64,000 nucleotides of DNA from an uncultured Nitrososphaeraceae archaeon (GTDB lineage: Archaea; Thermoproteota; Nitrososphaeria; Nitrososphaerales; Nitrososphaeraceae). The stretch's first letter is position 1. Each line of letters begins with the position of its first letter. Position numbers and translations under genes: made by a program. The DNA lies in NCBI GenBank assembly GCA_963765895.1, contig CAVXZB010000087.1, positions 32,001 to 96,000 of the forward strand, in the 5' to 3' direction. Positions 11,740 through 23,750 of this stretch are shown piece after piece. The notes under the pieces were generated by a model. It ran no database searches and was not told the DNA's origin. It saw nothing but the letters and a program-made list of their open reading frames with translations.

Positions 11740-12144
11740 ATGATTTATCCCCTGAATTATAGTGTGATGATCATATACATTACCATGTTAGGGGCATTAA
11801 TGTCTACAGTATTATTAATACACTACAATGAATCAAATGCAGTAAATAAGACCAACTTTAGCTCTTTCATAGTAAAATTCTTCTTCCATTTAAAAAATAA
11901 ACATATTTTCAATAATGTAAAGATTGCCGTAACCGGAGAGAAAGGACAGTCTAATGCATGGCGACTAATATTGTTCATTTCCGATAACATTCAACGGGAT
12001 GCGATACCAGGTTATTTCCATACCGGTGAACATGTAACAGCATGTATTACTAATTATAGTAAAAATAGCTATAAGAATTGCGACGTTTCCACTGTAATCG
12101 CAACAGGCGTGGCCAATTTCAATCTCACGGCAGCACCCTCCTAG
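11740..12144 (+). CDS. Hypothetical secreted protein
   Basis: Hydrophobic N-terminus, beta-rich body with a Cys pair. Confidence 0.4.
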   Translation: MIYPLNYSVMIIYITMLGALMSTVLLIHYNESNAVNKTNFSSFIVKFFFHLKNKHIFNNVKIAVTGEKGQSNAWRLILFISDNIQRDAIPGYFHTGEHVTACITNYSKNSYKNCDVSTVIATGVANFNLTAAPS

Positions 12145-12249
12145 ATTTGTATTCTCATACTTGAAAATTAGAATCTCGTCTACCTATAAATACAGTATCT
12201 TTTGCAAGTGTAGCGGTACATAATGTGATAATCTCCTACTTTCGATATT

Positions 12250-12789
12250 CTAAAATGTCCGCATCTTTTCAATTCTTCTTAATCTCTTCAGCAGATCCAT
12301 TATCTGCTCATGTGTTGGATTACTAGCTCTAACAATATTTAAATCCATATTAAGTTTCTGCAATGCAGTATATACTTCCTTGTCTTCTATTGTATCGATT
12401 AATTCCTTTATGGTAAATGGCTTTTGCATCAATTCTACAGCTTGCTTAAGCTGTTTTATACTGTCTTCAAGTGTTTCCTTAACATGAGCTGATGCAAATA
12501 TTATTCGCTGATGTGAATTTACCGCAAGTATTTCTTTCGCAACTTCAAATCCGTCAATTTGTGGCATCTTATAATCTAGAAGCAATACTTCAAATGGAGA
12601 ATCATTATTAGAATGGTAGTGAGCCGATGAAGATTCATGCCCAAACTTGGCAATATGGGTTACATCATGATATTCTTTGAGACAATCTTCACCATTTAAT
12701 GTAATTGTTACTTTATGTTTTCTTGCCTCTAGAGCTTCTTTATAGAGCAATGCAATGTCACGTTCATCCTCAGCTATTAGGATGTTCAT
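12250..12789 (-). CDS. Response regulator receiver protein
   Basis: ILIAEDE, LLDYKMPQIDG (phospho-Asp), IIFASA, QKPF. Confidence 0.9.
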   Translation of the reverse strand: MNILIAEDERDIALLYKEALEARKHKVTITLNGEDCLKEYHDVTHIAKFGHESSSAHYHSNNDSPFEVLLLDYKMPQIDGFEVAKEILAVNSHQRIIFASAHVKETLEDSIKQLKQAVELMQKPFTIKELIDTIEDKEVYTALQKLNMDLNIVRASNPTHEQIMDLLKRLRRIEKMRTF

Positions 12790-13273
12790 ATATTATACAC
12801 GTCCCGTGTTTAAAAGGCGTCTGGATAATAACAATTATGGAGGGCAATGTGTTACAAATTTACACGACTGTATTATATAATTTTGGAGTCCAATATTTAA
12901 TCAAATTGTCAACAAAAGATAATAACTCCTCCAATACTACCATCCTTACATTCAGTTCACATACAGAATCTATATCTATAGAAATTTTGGTACGGCAGAC
13001 TTTTTGATAGATTCATTGGGCCACATATATAATATTTAACAGAATTGTTTTTGGATAGTCATATATTCATACGACGCTTGCGGAGCAGGTATCGAATTAA
13101 GATGCGGTCTTTATGATATCTTAAAGATTATTACAAGAGTACGCTTGGCATATATAATGTTTGTAGCAAAAGAAAATTAATTGCAGTTAATACTCGTTAT
13201 AATGACTCTCTGATTCTAAAAGGAAGATATTTTAACCCTAAGATATTTGGTGGTAGTAATTATCTCCTAGTAA

Positions 13274-13919
13274 TTATCTCCTAGGACTAGAGCTGCCTGT
13301 TATGATATAATATACAGAATCTCCAACGTAACAAGCATGATCTGAAATTCGTTCTAAATATCTTAAAATAAGCAAATTCGAGATATAGCATCTTGGCTCA
13401 TCTGAATCTTTTAACAAATTCGAAACAAGTTCCCGTAAATATCTTCTGTAAAGAGTATCAACTGTATCATCCATTTGATAGAGATCCTGTGCAGCCATTT
13501 TATTTCTAGAGTCTAATGCATTTACACTTAGTAGAATCATTTTTCTTACAGTCATTGCCATTTCAGACACAGCATTCTTATTGCAATCCGTTAATGGTCC
13601 CAATGTTTCAAGCACATCCACTATGTCATAAGCGTAACGTCCAAATCTAGAATATCCGTATGATATTTCCATACAGGATTTGATAAATCTTAGATCAGTA
13701 GCAACCGGTTGATACCGTGCTATTAATTCTACTGCAAGGTCAGTCACCTCGTCTTGCAGAGTTCTAAGTTTTTCTGATTGTTCAAAGACGTGTTTCTTTA
13801 GCATTGCTATTGCTTTCATATGCTTCTAAGGCAGAGAAAACTGAACCTTCTGATAATTTAGCCATATCCGTAACAATACTGCGAATTCGATCTAGGCCAA
13901 GGTCTAACAGCCTAGGCAT
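13274..13919 (-). CDS. phoU: Phosphate transport regulator PhoU (+1 frameshift in an A-run at ~13798)
   Basis: MPRLLDLGL.. from ATG 13919 joins ORF 13274-13819; RYQPVATDLR, DDTVD, RYLERISDHA. Confidence 0.9.
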
Positions 13920-13994
13920 AAGATACAACATCCATGATTAGATTTTCCACAAAATCGTCCTTAAATAAACACTGCTATCAAAATCATAAATTTC

Positions 13995-14848
13995 TTATCC
14001 AAATCTTCCAGAAATATACTTTTCAGTTAATTCTTTCTGTGGATTCTTAAATATATCTTTGGTTGGATTATATTCAATTAATTCGCCGAGGTACATAAAA
14101 GCAGTTTGCTCCGATACCCTGGCTGCCTGTTGCATATTATGAGTCACAATGATAATTGTTAAAAATTCTTTCAATTGGTGGACAAGCTCTTCAATCTTAG
14201 AGGACGCAATCGGATCTAACGCAGAAGTTGGTTCATCCATTAATAGTATTTCTGGTTGCATCGCAAGTGCTCTAGCAATGCAAAGGCGCTGTTGCTGTCC
14301 GCCTGATAAACCCATTCCTGGCATATGAAGGTCGTTTTTTACTTCATCCCACAATGCTGCTCCCTTGAGACTCTGTTCTACCACCTCACTAATCAACTTC
14401 TTATCCCTAATACCATTAAGTTTCAATCCCGCAGCTACATTGTCGTGAATACTCATAGTTGGGAATGGATTTGGTTTTTGGAATACCATGCCTATGCGTC
14501 GCTTTACCATGGCAGGATCAGAAGACTTATCATAAACATCAAGACCGTCAAGTATTACTTTACCTTCTGCTTTTGCATTCGGAGTCATTTCATGCATACG
14601 ATTGATGCAACGAAGAAGGGTAGTTTTACCACACCCAGAAGGCCCAATAAAAGCCGTCACGCTATTTTCCTTGACGTCCAAACTAACGTCTTTCACTGCA
14701 TGTTTTTTTCCAAACCATGCATCAACATTCTGAATTGAAAGCTTGATTTTAGCTTGCGTGGTGGCAGGTGCGCAGCAGCCTTCCTCTCATCATTATCGCT
14801 ACTTTGAGGTGCATAACGTGTAACTTCCTTGTTACTACTACTACTCAA
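13995..14848 (-). CDS. pstB: Phosphate ABC transporter ATPase (frameshift at ~14771 in the N-terminal extension)
   Basis: [41 protein letters not shown]; upstream [19 protein letters not shown] is in frame; TTG start at 14848 is inferred. Confidence 0.93.
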
Positions 14849-14945
14849 TCGCAGATCTGTTATAATCGTCAAGCCGTAGTTATGCATTCCCAACATATTT
14901 CATATAGAACAATATAGACTTGATAGCCATATGTCCTCTAGTACA

Positions 14946-15941
14946 CTATATAGTCTCAGTTCTTACTCTAACACCTTTACCGCGTGCAATCAACCTTATA
15001 GTTGCGCTTAGAGCCAGAATCATAAGAATGAGAACTAGCGCTGCGCCCCAACCAAAAGCATGTGCAGATTCATATGGTTGTGAAGCCAACCTCCATATTC
15101 TCAGGGGCAATGCATCAACTGGACCAGTAAGACCTGTAAAGAAGAGGCTTGTGCCAAGGATTGTCATTATAAGGGGCGCAGTTTCTCCAGCAATTCTCGA
15201 TATAGCCAGAATAACGCCGGTCAGAACTCCATCTTTAGCATTTTTTAGGACTATAAAGAGGGTGATCTTTGCTTTCGAAATCCCTAGAGAATATCCAGCC
15301 TCACGAAATGAATTAGGTACTAGCTTCAACGTTTCTTCTGTTACTCTTGATACAATAGGTATCATTATTATAGATAGTGCAAAAGCACCTGCCAATACAG
15401 AGAAAGAATTTAATGCTAGAACTATTGTCACATATCCTACTATACCAATGACTATAGATGGTAGACCCGTGAGGACATCATTGAATAGCCGAATAATAGT
15501 GGCAAAGAAACTGATTGCTCTTTGTTTTACGCCCTTATCGCTACCAGTTGGAGCAAATTCTGATAGATAGACTCCAGAAAGTACTCCAATAGGAGCTCCT
15601 ATTAAAGACGCCAATCCAACAGTAATTAACGTCCCCTGAATCGCTGGGCCAATTCCCCCCATGTCAGAGCCTATAGAACCTGGCGGTTGTGTGAGAAACT
15701 GAACACTTAATGCAGCTATACCATTTTTAATTACTTCGAACAGAATACTTGCCAAGGGAATTATGGCTCCAATTACAAAAACTATGGCAATAATACTTAC
15801 AACCCTGTCAGTAATTTTCCGTCGAGAAGCGTGTCTTATGGATATCTCCTGAAATATTTGTCTGAAATTACTACCAGAATTAAGTGGTTTTTCTCCTGAG
15901 GATTTGTCCTTCCTAGATGAAGAATAATTACCGCTGCTCAA
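14946..15941 (-). CDS. pstA: Phosphate ABC transporter permease PstA
   Basis: GGIGPAIQGT, GLPSIVIG, RIAGETAPL. Confidence 0.93.
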   Translation of the reverse strand: MSSGNYSSSRKDKSSGEKPLNSGSNFRQIFQEISIRHASRRKITDRVVSIIAIVFVIGAIIPLASILFEVIKNGIAALSVQFLTQPPGSIGSDMGGIGPAIQGTLITVGLASLIGAPIGVLSGVYLSEFAPTGSDKGVKQRAISFFATIIRLFNDVLTGLPSIVIGIVGYVTIVLALNSFSVLAGAFALSIIMIPIVSRVTEETLKLVPNSFREAGYSLGISKAKITLFIVLKNAKDGVLTGVILAISRIAGETAPLIMTILGTSLFFTGLTGPVDALPLRIWRLASQPYESAHAFGWGAALVLILMILALSATIRLIARGKGVRVRTETI

Positions 15942-15946
15942 TCCTC

Positions 15947-16965
15947 TTACTCCCTTCCTCCTGGGCTTACCTTTACCATTCTTGAAACCATGATTCTTGC
16001 TCCAATATTGATAATCATAGTTATAATGAGCAAAATTGCTCCAAGACCGATTAATGCAGATAGTTGTAAATCGGATGATGCTTCGTTAAATTCATTGGCG
16101 ATCAAGCTTGACAGTGTTTGGCTCTGGGAGAATAGTGTAGTTGGAATTGCAGAAGGCCCAATTGCATTTCCAATTATAAGTGTAACAAGCATCGTTTCAC
16201 CTACTGCTCTGCCAAAGCCTAAAATTGAGGCACCTAACAAGCCCGACTTGCCATATGGAAAGACTGCCATTCTGGATGTTTCCCATCTAGTCGCTCCGAG
16301 ACTGTATGCTGCCTCCCTTTGAGAGTCTGGAACTGCCTTCATGACATCTCTGCTGATCGATGAAACAATAGGAATTATCATTATTGCAAGAACTATCCCG
16401 GTGGTAAATACATCAAGACCAAACGGTGCTTGATTAAAAAACGGTATATATGAACCCAAGGTATTGTACAATGGTGTTTCTACCCAATCTTTTATCAAGA
16501 ACCGGAATACAAAGAGAGCCCACAAACCATAGATAATGCTCGGGACAGCTGCTAGTAATTCTATTACAAATGATAGTGGTCCGCTTACTCTGGAAGGGGC
16601 CATTTCAGTCAGAAAATAGGCTATACCCATACTCATAGGTACTCCAATTAGTAATGCAATTCCTGAACTCATCAAAGTTCCGATAATATATGGAAGCGCA
16701 CCATAGGACTCCCGGCCTTCGACTGCATTCCATGCCGTACCAGTCACAAATCCAATAAATCCTTCCTGAGAAAAGATCTTTACAGATCCTGCACCAACCG
16801 AGAACACTACAATAACTATAATGAATAACGTGTAAGCTCGCAGTCCCGAAAACTAGACCATGAAATACTTTGTCACCAACTCTTTTGCTTTTTCGATTAC
16901 CTACAAGAAAAGACGAGACCTTTTCTTTGATCTCTGTAGTTTAAATGAATAGAACCACTTGTCAT
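15947..16965 (-). CDS. pstC: Phosphate ABC transporter permease PstC (frameshifts at ~16839 and probably ~16942)
   Basis: ELLAAVPSIIYGLW, GRAVGETM, IANEF; upstream segment KSKRVGDKVFHGLVF lies in another frame; start position uncertain. Confidence 0.9.
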
Positions 16966-17102
16966 GGATAACTGTCTATTGTTTTTTAAGAATCGATCAT
17001 TATATTAGACTTACATATAGTCATAACATAGATCATAATAGTCTATATAGTAAAACAAAAAGTGGAAGTAAATTATTGTTGTACCATGATACTTAACTGC
17101 AT

Positions 17103-18233
17103 TCAGAGTGGTTTTCCATTAAATGTTAGCGATTTGATTGATTCCTGATCAGCTTTGACAACTTGGTCGGGAAGCGGAACATATCCTAGTTTTGATGCAA
17201 ATTTCTGACCGTCAGTGATTGCCCAGCTTATGAAATCAACTAATGCCTTTGCTTTTGCTTCGTTCATGTTAGGACTCTTACCCAGGTCTTTTGGAAGAAG
17301 CAAGTAGGTAAAGCTTGCAATAGGGTAGGCTCCGCTTCCCTTATCATTAAGTAATGTCACTTTTTCCCACGATGCATCTCCCTTTGGCAGTCCTTTTGAT
17401 GCAACATCAGTTGCCGCTTGCTTTACTGTTTCTAGGGTAGGTTCAACGAATTTGCCTACCTTATTCTGAATAAATGCGTATGGTGTTTTGGTTTGTAGAG
17501 CGTAATTCAGTTCTATATATCCAAGAGTGTTAGGCGAGCCTTTTATTGCATTTGCCACACCTTCATTGCCAGGGGCTCCAACACCACTGGGCCACTGAAC
17601 TGATTTGGAGGCTCCAATAGCTTGATTCCACTGAGGACTTGCCTTCGATAGAAAACTTGTCCACACAAAAGTTGTACCTGATCCGTCTGATCTATGGACT
17701 GTTACGATATTAGCTGCTGGAAGTTTCTTGTCTGGATTTAAGGATTGAATTTGTGGATCATTCCACTTCTTGATTTTTCCTGAAAAGATATCTGCAAGTA
17801 CTGGACCAGTGAGTTTTAGTCCTTTCTCAGGAATTCCTGGAATATTATAGGCTGCTACTACTGAACCAATCGTTTCCGGTATATGTACCGCGTCAGTAGC
17901 CTTTGCTCTTTCTGCAGCATTCAGAGGAGCATCTGAAGCACCAAAATCTACAGTTTTAGCAGTAAATTGTTTGATACCCCCGCCGCTACCTATTGATTGA
18001 TAATTAATATTTACACCTGGCTTTACCTTCTGGTACTCGACTCGCCATGTATCAATTAATGGGAAGGGAAAGGTTGCACCTGCACCATTAATATTTGATT
18101 GACCTGGTGTTTGCATTTGCTTTGGAAGGAGCTGGGCAAACGATCGTTGAGACACGCTCATTGTCATAACTCCAGTAAGGAGTAATGAGGTCATTACTAC
18201 AATTATAACAGAGTTCTTAACGAATTTTGACAT
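17103..18233 (-). CDS. pstS: Phosphate-binding protein PstS
   Basis: GAGATFP, YQSIGSGGG, DFGASD, RSDGSGTT, YPIASFTY. Confidence 0.95.
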   Translation of the reverse strand: MSKFVKNSVIIVVMTSLLLTGVMTMSVSQRSFAQLLPKQMQTPGQSNINGAGATFPFPLIDTWRVEYQKVKPGVNINYQSIGSGGGIKQFTAKTVDFGASDAPLNAAERAKATDAVHIPETIGSVVAAYNIPGIPEKGLKLTGPVLADIFSGKIKKWNDPQIQSLNPDKKLPAANIVTVHRSDGSGTTFVWTSFLSKASPQWNQAIGASKSVQWPSGVGAPGNEGVANAIKGSPNTLGYIELNYALQTKTPYAFIQNKVGKFVEPTLETVKQAATDVASKGLPKGDASWEKVTLLNDKGSGAYPIASFTYLLLPKDLGKSPNMNEAKAKALVDFISWAITDGQKFASKLGYVPLPDQVVKADQESIKSLTFNGKPL

Positions 18234-18271
18234 AATTTTTGATAGGATATAGTTAGATATCTTGGTTCTGG

Positions 18272-18316
18272 ATAGAGTTCACATAGACCTATGTAGAACT
18301 ATGTAGAACTATGTAC
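18272..18316. promoter_or_regulatory. Candidate Pho-regulon operator upstream of pstS
   Basis: Near-palindrome ACATAGACCTATGT followed by 10-bp direct repeats CTATGTAGAA x2 plus a partial copy. Confidence 0.55.
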
Positions 18317-18958
18317 GTATTGTAAATTTGTTTGACTCTCCCTGCCATTGTCCCTATTGGGATATTCACTTTATCCCATGTAATGAATATTTTTATCTAC
18401 GGTACAATATTCTGCTAAATTACATAATCCCGTGTAGGTTATTCTAGGCTATTGTATTAATGTGAGCTGCCCTCTTATTTCCAAGTCAATCTTTCCTTCT
18501 ACTAGCCTGAGATTGGTCTTGCACAGTCATAATCAACTAACAACTAACTTAATAATTTTATACAGAAGTTAACATAAGCAATATAATGCGAATTCTTGTA
18601 TTATCTAAATTTCATTGTTAATATTTCGAACGAATACTTTATGATTTCGATGTCTCGGTATGGATTTGACTAGCTATCTAATTCAAACAAAAGACATTAG
18701 ATAAAGGCTACCAAATCTGCTAGACATTACGAAATTGTGACGCACCGATTGGTATCGCTTAATCAAAAGTTATTTCAGAGTTTAACGTGATAGGTATGTT
18801 GTTTTTAAGTGGATTCATACTGTTCCTGGTTTGAAGCCATGTATCTCAAAACTGATTAGTCACAGTCATCTACCTACTTAATTTCTTTCTCAGGTTTGTA
18901 AATACAAATTCATCATCAACGAATTAATTAATAAGTATGTTTATTGCTAAGAATAGCA

Positions 18959-19507
18959 TTGTCCTTTGGTGTAGATGTACTCGGAGCATTGTCTGAGAAG
19001 CTGAGAAGTCAAAATAATGATACATCAAATTTCTATAGGGATTTTTTAGAATCAACTGAGCAGTATAAGAAAGAAGAACTGGATGAAAAAGAATACGTTT
19101 CTAAATTCTTGAAATATCTCATCTCATTTTCGGCTTCAAATTTTCTTATGATTAGAGTCCTTTTAGAATTGAAAACATCTATCCAAAAAGGGACATCAAT
19201 GAAAGATTCGACAGGTGGTGAAATGCTGCCTGGTTCTGCCTCCAGTGCGACCTCCAGTTCAGGTTTCGGTATTGGAGGCTTTATAGATACTGGTGGCAAT
19301 GTTGGAAAAAATAATACTGGTCGGGAAAATGAGTACGAGGAAGATAAGTATACACTACCAAAACCACAACGTGGTGATGGCTTGTACACTAGAAGATCTA
19401 CAAGCTTAGTAACAAATACACCGAACTATAAAATATGTAATGTATGCAATTCGCAGATTTTGATTAATGCTAAATTCTGTAGTAAGTGTGGACACAGACA
19501 GCAATAG
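18959..19507 (+). CDS. Hypothetical protein with C-terminal zinc ribbon
   Basis: CNVC...NAKFCSKCG at the C-terminus; low-complexity linker. Confidence 0.75.
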   Translation: MSFGVDVLGALSEKLRSQNNDTSNFYRDFLESTEQYKKEELDEKEYVSKFLKYLISFSASNFLMIRVLLELKTSIQKGTSMKDSTGGEMLPGSASSATSSSGFGIGGFIDTGGNVGKNNTGRENEYEEDKYTLPKPQRGDGLYTRRSTSLVTNTPNYKICNVCNSQILINAKFCSKCGHRQQ

Positions 19508-19641
19508 TAACTGAACGTTGTATACAATTTGCCATTTTACAAGAGAATTTAAAATCTCGTTATATCAAGAACATAGAACGTGGACATACTTTAATATCAT
19601 CTGCTCAAAGATAGGATTATTCACAATAATACAAAAGGAAT

Positions 19642-20550
19642 CTAATTTAGATCGAGCCGGTTTTTGAGATCCTTGAATCTATTTCTAATCGTTACCTCAG
19701 TTACGCCGGCGGCCTCCGCAATATCTATCTGGGTTATATTCTCGCCAGAATTTTTGGAAGACAGATAAAGTATTGAACCTGCTAGTCCCATAGGATCCTT
19801 GCCGGCTGATATGCCGCTTTTAGTAACATGATTCATGATATCCATTGCATGCCTCTTTGTTTTCTCACTTAACCTCGTCCTATTAGCTACTTTTGCAATG
19901 CATTTCATTGGGTCTACCATCGGTACTCTAAGATCCAGCTCCAATATTAGCAGCCTAGTAGTCCTTGCTAATTCTTTACGTTTGATATTGTTTAGTACTG
20001 CAATATCGTTTAGCGTTCTTGTAGTCCCCATTTCTCTGCAGGCGATATAAACAGATGCGGCCAATACTGAGGGTATCGTCCTTCCACGCACCAGTCCTCT
20101 TTCCTGAGCCTTTCTATAAATATAAGCAGTCTTTTCCACGATTGGATTTGATAATGCTAATTTATCCTTAACTCTTTCAAGCACACTGAATGCATGGCGC
20201 AAATTTCGATCTGCAGGAGAATAAGCTTGAGTTCTAAAATCCCATGCTCGAAGCCTGTCCATGGTAGAACGAACCGAAGCATCTAATCCACGGCCACTAG
20301 CATCCTTATCTGCACGTCCGATAATGGTGGCAAGCCCCATATCATGTCTCGCCAAAGAGATAGGCATTCCAGCTCGGCTTCTGGTATTTGCCTCATCGAC
20401 GTTAAATGCACGCCATTCGGCACGATTTTCTTGAACATTATCTAATATAACCGCACCACAATTACTACAAATGAGTTCTCCAGACTCTGGATCTGTTATA
20501 GTCTTACCATCTTTATTACACATCTTACAGATAGTTGAATTTTTCATCAT
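19642..20550 (-). CDS. tfb: Transcription initiation factor IIB (TFB paralog)
   Basis: Zn ribbon CKMC..GELICSNCG, AEWRAF, cyclin repeats, GKDPMGLA, GVTEVTIRNR. Confidence 0.95.
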   Translation of the reverse strand: MMKNSTICKMCNKDGKTITDPESGELICSNCGAVILDNVQENRAEWRAFNVDEANTRSRAGMPISLARHDMGLATIIGRADKDASGRGLDASVRSTMDRLRAWDFRTQAYSPADRNLRHAFSVLERVKDKLALSNPIVEKTAYIYRKAQERGLVRGRTIPSVLAASVYIACREMGTTRTLNDIAVLNNIKRKELARTTRLLILELDLRVPMVDPMKCIAKVANRTRLSEKTKRHAMDIMNHVTKSGISAGKDPMGLAGSILYLSSKNSGENITQIDIAEAAGVTEVTIRNRFKDLKNRLDLN

Positions 20551-20902
20551 CTTTAAGAATAAGTAATATTATTATGACATATCACTTATATAAATATTAT
20601 AAATGGTTCTATCCTATTTTTAAATAAAACTCAACGATTTCTGCTGCTAAACCACAAGGAGAATTTAATTTCATGATAGACTTAAAGATTATTTACAAGC
20701 TATCTTTTTCGATAAGCTATTACGCTTCCATCTAAATTCTTATGAATGGCCTTGCTGGTGCCAACCAGTTTAATCCATTGTCTAGAAACATAAATGGCGT
20801 CTTAAAATTAAAGCCCTGATTAATCTGATAGCAGAGAAAAAAAATGCGCATTATATAGCTAGACTCCGCTAAAAGATTCCACTATGCAGTTCATTATACA
20901 GA

Positions 20903-21472
20903 TTAATTACGGCGACCGGTTAACACCCTGTCTCTAACCTCAGCCAGGATGTCTTCAAGTGTAAGATAGATTTCTAAACAATCAACAAGTTTCTCGTCCA
21001 TTTCAGCTTTTGTTATTTCCCTATAATTTGTATGTCCTGTACAATCATAAGATATCAATTGAATTTTGTCTTCGTTTGTAAAATCCATCTTTGTAAGATA
21101 TCCTTTGGATATATCAAGATTTGAATAAAATAACCAATTTCCGAAATTCATGATCTCTCTAAGTTCGTTTACAAGCTTTGAATATTGCTGGATCAAATCC
21201 GGGTAATTATGCTTTAGAATTTCTTCAAGTATATGAAGAGTTTCCAATGAAACTGAACATCTGCCGTTCAAGAAGAGTGATATGAATTGTTTACGTTTGT
21301 CTTCACTTTCGCTATTAGAGCAAAAATGATATGATATTATCTCTTTAATTATTCCATCTATGGAAACAAAATTAACGAAAAATGCTCCACGGATATTAAC
21401 ATCAAATTCAGTAAGCTTTGCAAGCGGCTTATTTGCATTTGTATTTTCGCTATCCTTATTTGAATTCGACAA
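20903..21472 (-). CDS. Hypothetical helical protein
   Basis: 189-aa ORF with protein-like composition. Confidence 0.6.
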   Translation of the reverse strand: MSNSNKDSENTNANKPLAKLTEFDVNIRGAFFVNFVSIDGIIKEIISYHFCSNSESEDKRKQFISLFLNGRCSVSLETLHILEEILKHNYPDLIQQYSKLVNELREIMNFGNWLFYSNLDISKGYLTKMDFTNEDKIQLISYDCTGHTNYREITKAEMDEKLVDCLEIYLTLEDILAEVRDRVLTGRRN

Positions 21473-21818
21473 TTGATTATTTATTAAATATGGACCATAA
21501 ATAATTACTGTAAGTAGGTCTATTGTATTTGTGGGCAGTTTTTATATTAGAATTTAAATTTTATCATACTAGAATGTAGATCTTTTGCGTAATTCAGAGC
21601 TTAATAGAATTATGATATTGGTTTGAAATCACTATTAGCATTATCTAGATGAACTAGATCAGTAAATGCCGATTCACTAACAGAATAACAATTGATCGAA
21701 TGGTATTGCAGATTACATATGATAATATCATATTGACCCGGCATTCATGAGGGATTGTGTAGTATAATGTATATTCGTAAGATTATTATTTTTGGCCTCT
21801 AATTTTAGAATGAATATT

Positions 21819-21893
21819 GCGAAGTTAGCCCAGCCTGGTTAAGGTACGAGCTTCCCAAGCTCGGGATCGCGGGTTCAAATCCCGCACTTCGCA
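21819..21893 (+). tRNA. tRNA-Gly (anticodon CCC), intronless
   Basis: Acceptor stem GCGAAGT/ACTTCGC+A; anticodon arm CGAGC-TTCCCAA-GCTCG; T arm GCGGG-TTCAAAT-CCCGC. Confidence 0.95.
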
Positions 21894-22249
21894 CCTATTC
21901 GTGCTTTACATGACTGTCAGACTTTCAAACCTTTTGTCATTTTTTGCATAAATTTGTCATTTTTGAAAGCTTTTGCCTTTACTTAACCATTATTTGTATG
22001 ACATCCAAGCTTTTACAAAATTCATATTGCATTATTGATATATCACATGAAACTATTATAGGATTAAAAGTCTAATTTCCGTGCTCCATTACGACAGGGG
22101 AAGTTAGTTTAAATCAAACTGTTATTGGATTGAAAACAGACTTCAACTGGTATCTGGCTCAGCCATAGTGAACGTTTGATAGAAAGTCTATATAGATTAG
22201 ATTAGAGGTATATAGTCCTATATGAACAATTGCCATAACATGTTTATTC

Positions 22250-23416
22250 GTGCATAACATACCCTCTTTATTGAGCTCTTACGATCCTGGCTCTAAAAAC
22301 AGTGAAGTACGTAAAATACAGTTTACTGGTAGATCTACATACATTTTATCACTACCAAAAAAGTGGTTAACCGAAATGCGTCTAAAAGCCGGTGATCCAG
22401 TGGTGATTATTCGTGAGGCAAACAATTCATTATCCATATTACCCGAACCCAAAAGAGGAAGGACAGCGGCCTCAGGTGGTTATCCGGACGAAGTTACTGC
22501 AATAGTACTTCAAAATGAAGACTCGGCATCTTTGAAACGTAAGGTTGTTTCTATATATCTCGCTGGTTATAGTGTCATTCACCTAAAGTCAAAAATAGGA
22601 AGAATTAATCCAATTCAGAGGGATGCTATTAGAGAAGTTATCCGTAGAAATCTGGTGGGAACAGAAATAATTGCTGATGCTTCGGATATTATAACTATTC
22701 AGATTTTAATCAGTATTCCAGAACTATCTGTCAATACAGCTGTCAGAAGGATGTTTCTAATAGCTTCCTCAATGCATAGAGATGCGCTATCATCCTTAGC
22801 TGAATTGAATTATGAAATAGCAGAAGGGGTTATAAAATCAGACGATGAAGTTGATAGATTCAGTCTATATATTTTGAGAAACCTAGTTATAGCATCACAA
22901 AACGAACGAATACTTCGAGAAATAGGTCTGAGAAAACCCTCTGACTGTCTAAGTTACAGAGTCGCCGTAAAGAGCATTGAGAGAATAGCAGATCATGCAT
23001 ATGGAATTGCCGATAGCTGCCTCAAGATTAAGGAAAAAATACCAATTGAGATATTTCGCAAGATAGAGAAAATGAGCGAGATATCACTAACTGCTCTAAA
23101 CGATGCAGTCGAAGCTTTTTTGCGACGGGATTATACACTTGCGGATAAGACTGTGGATAGGGCAAAAAGCTTACGCCAATTAGAAAACGATATAATCTTA
23201 TTATTGGACAAAGAAGAAGAGAAAAAGACTATTCGCAATCCTCTAAGCAATATTAATATCAGACTCATATTAGAAGATATACGACGCACTGCTGAACATT
23301 CAAGTGATATTGCTGAAGCTGCCATGAATCAGACAATAGACGAAATTATTGAAAAGAGCTCATCAGGGGCTTTGCCAGTACTAGAAGAAGTATCTCATAA
23401 TATACCTTCTGTGTAA
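22250..23416 (+). CDS. Phosphate uptake regulator: AbrB/SpoVT-type DNA-binding domain plus tandem PhoU domains
   Basis: RKIQFTGRSTYILSLPKKW N-terminus; DDEVDRF, ERIADHA, RRTAEHSSDIAE. Confidence 0.92.
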   Translation: MHNIPSLLSSYDPGSKNSEVRKIQFTGRSTYILSLPKKWLTEMRLKAGDPVVIIREANNSLSILPEPKRGRTAASGGYPDEVTAIVLQNEDSASLKRKVVSIYLAGYSVIHLKSKIGRINPIQRDAIREVIRRNLVGTEIIADASDIITIQILISIPELSVNTAVRRMFLIASSMHRDALSSLAELNYEIAEGVIKSDDEVDRFSLYILRNLVIASQNERILREIGLRKPSDCLSYRVAVKSIERIADHAYGIADSCLKIKEKIPIEIFRKIEKMSEISLTALNDAVEAFLRRDYTLADKTVDRAKSLRQLENDIILLLDKEEEKKTIRNPLSNINIRLILEDIRRTAEHSSDIAEAAMNQTIDEIIEKSSSGALPVLEEVSHNIPSV

Positions 23417-23750
23417 AGAATCATCGCATAGGCCAATTATTTAATATTTCTGAAAATTAGACAAAATATAGTGACTTTGGTTATATTTTAATTAAATACC
23501 AAGTATACTGAACAGCTATTGTAGATTTCATACTCAAGCTGATCTTATATATATTAGTAATTCTTTAAACCTCTAGAAGGTTAAGCTATCGATTGAATTA
23601 TGATCACATTCATTTTTACGTCCGTCACTATATCTCTTATAGTAACGAAAGATAACTAAATTGATTAGAACAGCAAATAGTGTTCTAATAATAGTGAGAA
23701 AATGTAAAAGTAAATAAGAATTCTAATAGGTCTATATCTCTATAAAGGTC

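Noticed and set aside
14920-16322. Long antisense ORFs (14920-15570, 15990-16322; similarly 4542-4847, 47935-48330, 58728-59090)
   Set aside because: Shadows of well-supported genes on the opposite strand, with no motifs of their own
21819-21990. tRNA-Gly as attachment site of an integrated element
   Set aside because: No integrase and no duplicated tRNA 3' end noticed in the window; housekeeping genes follow
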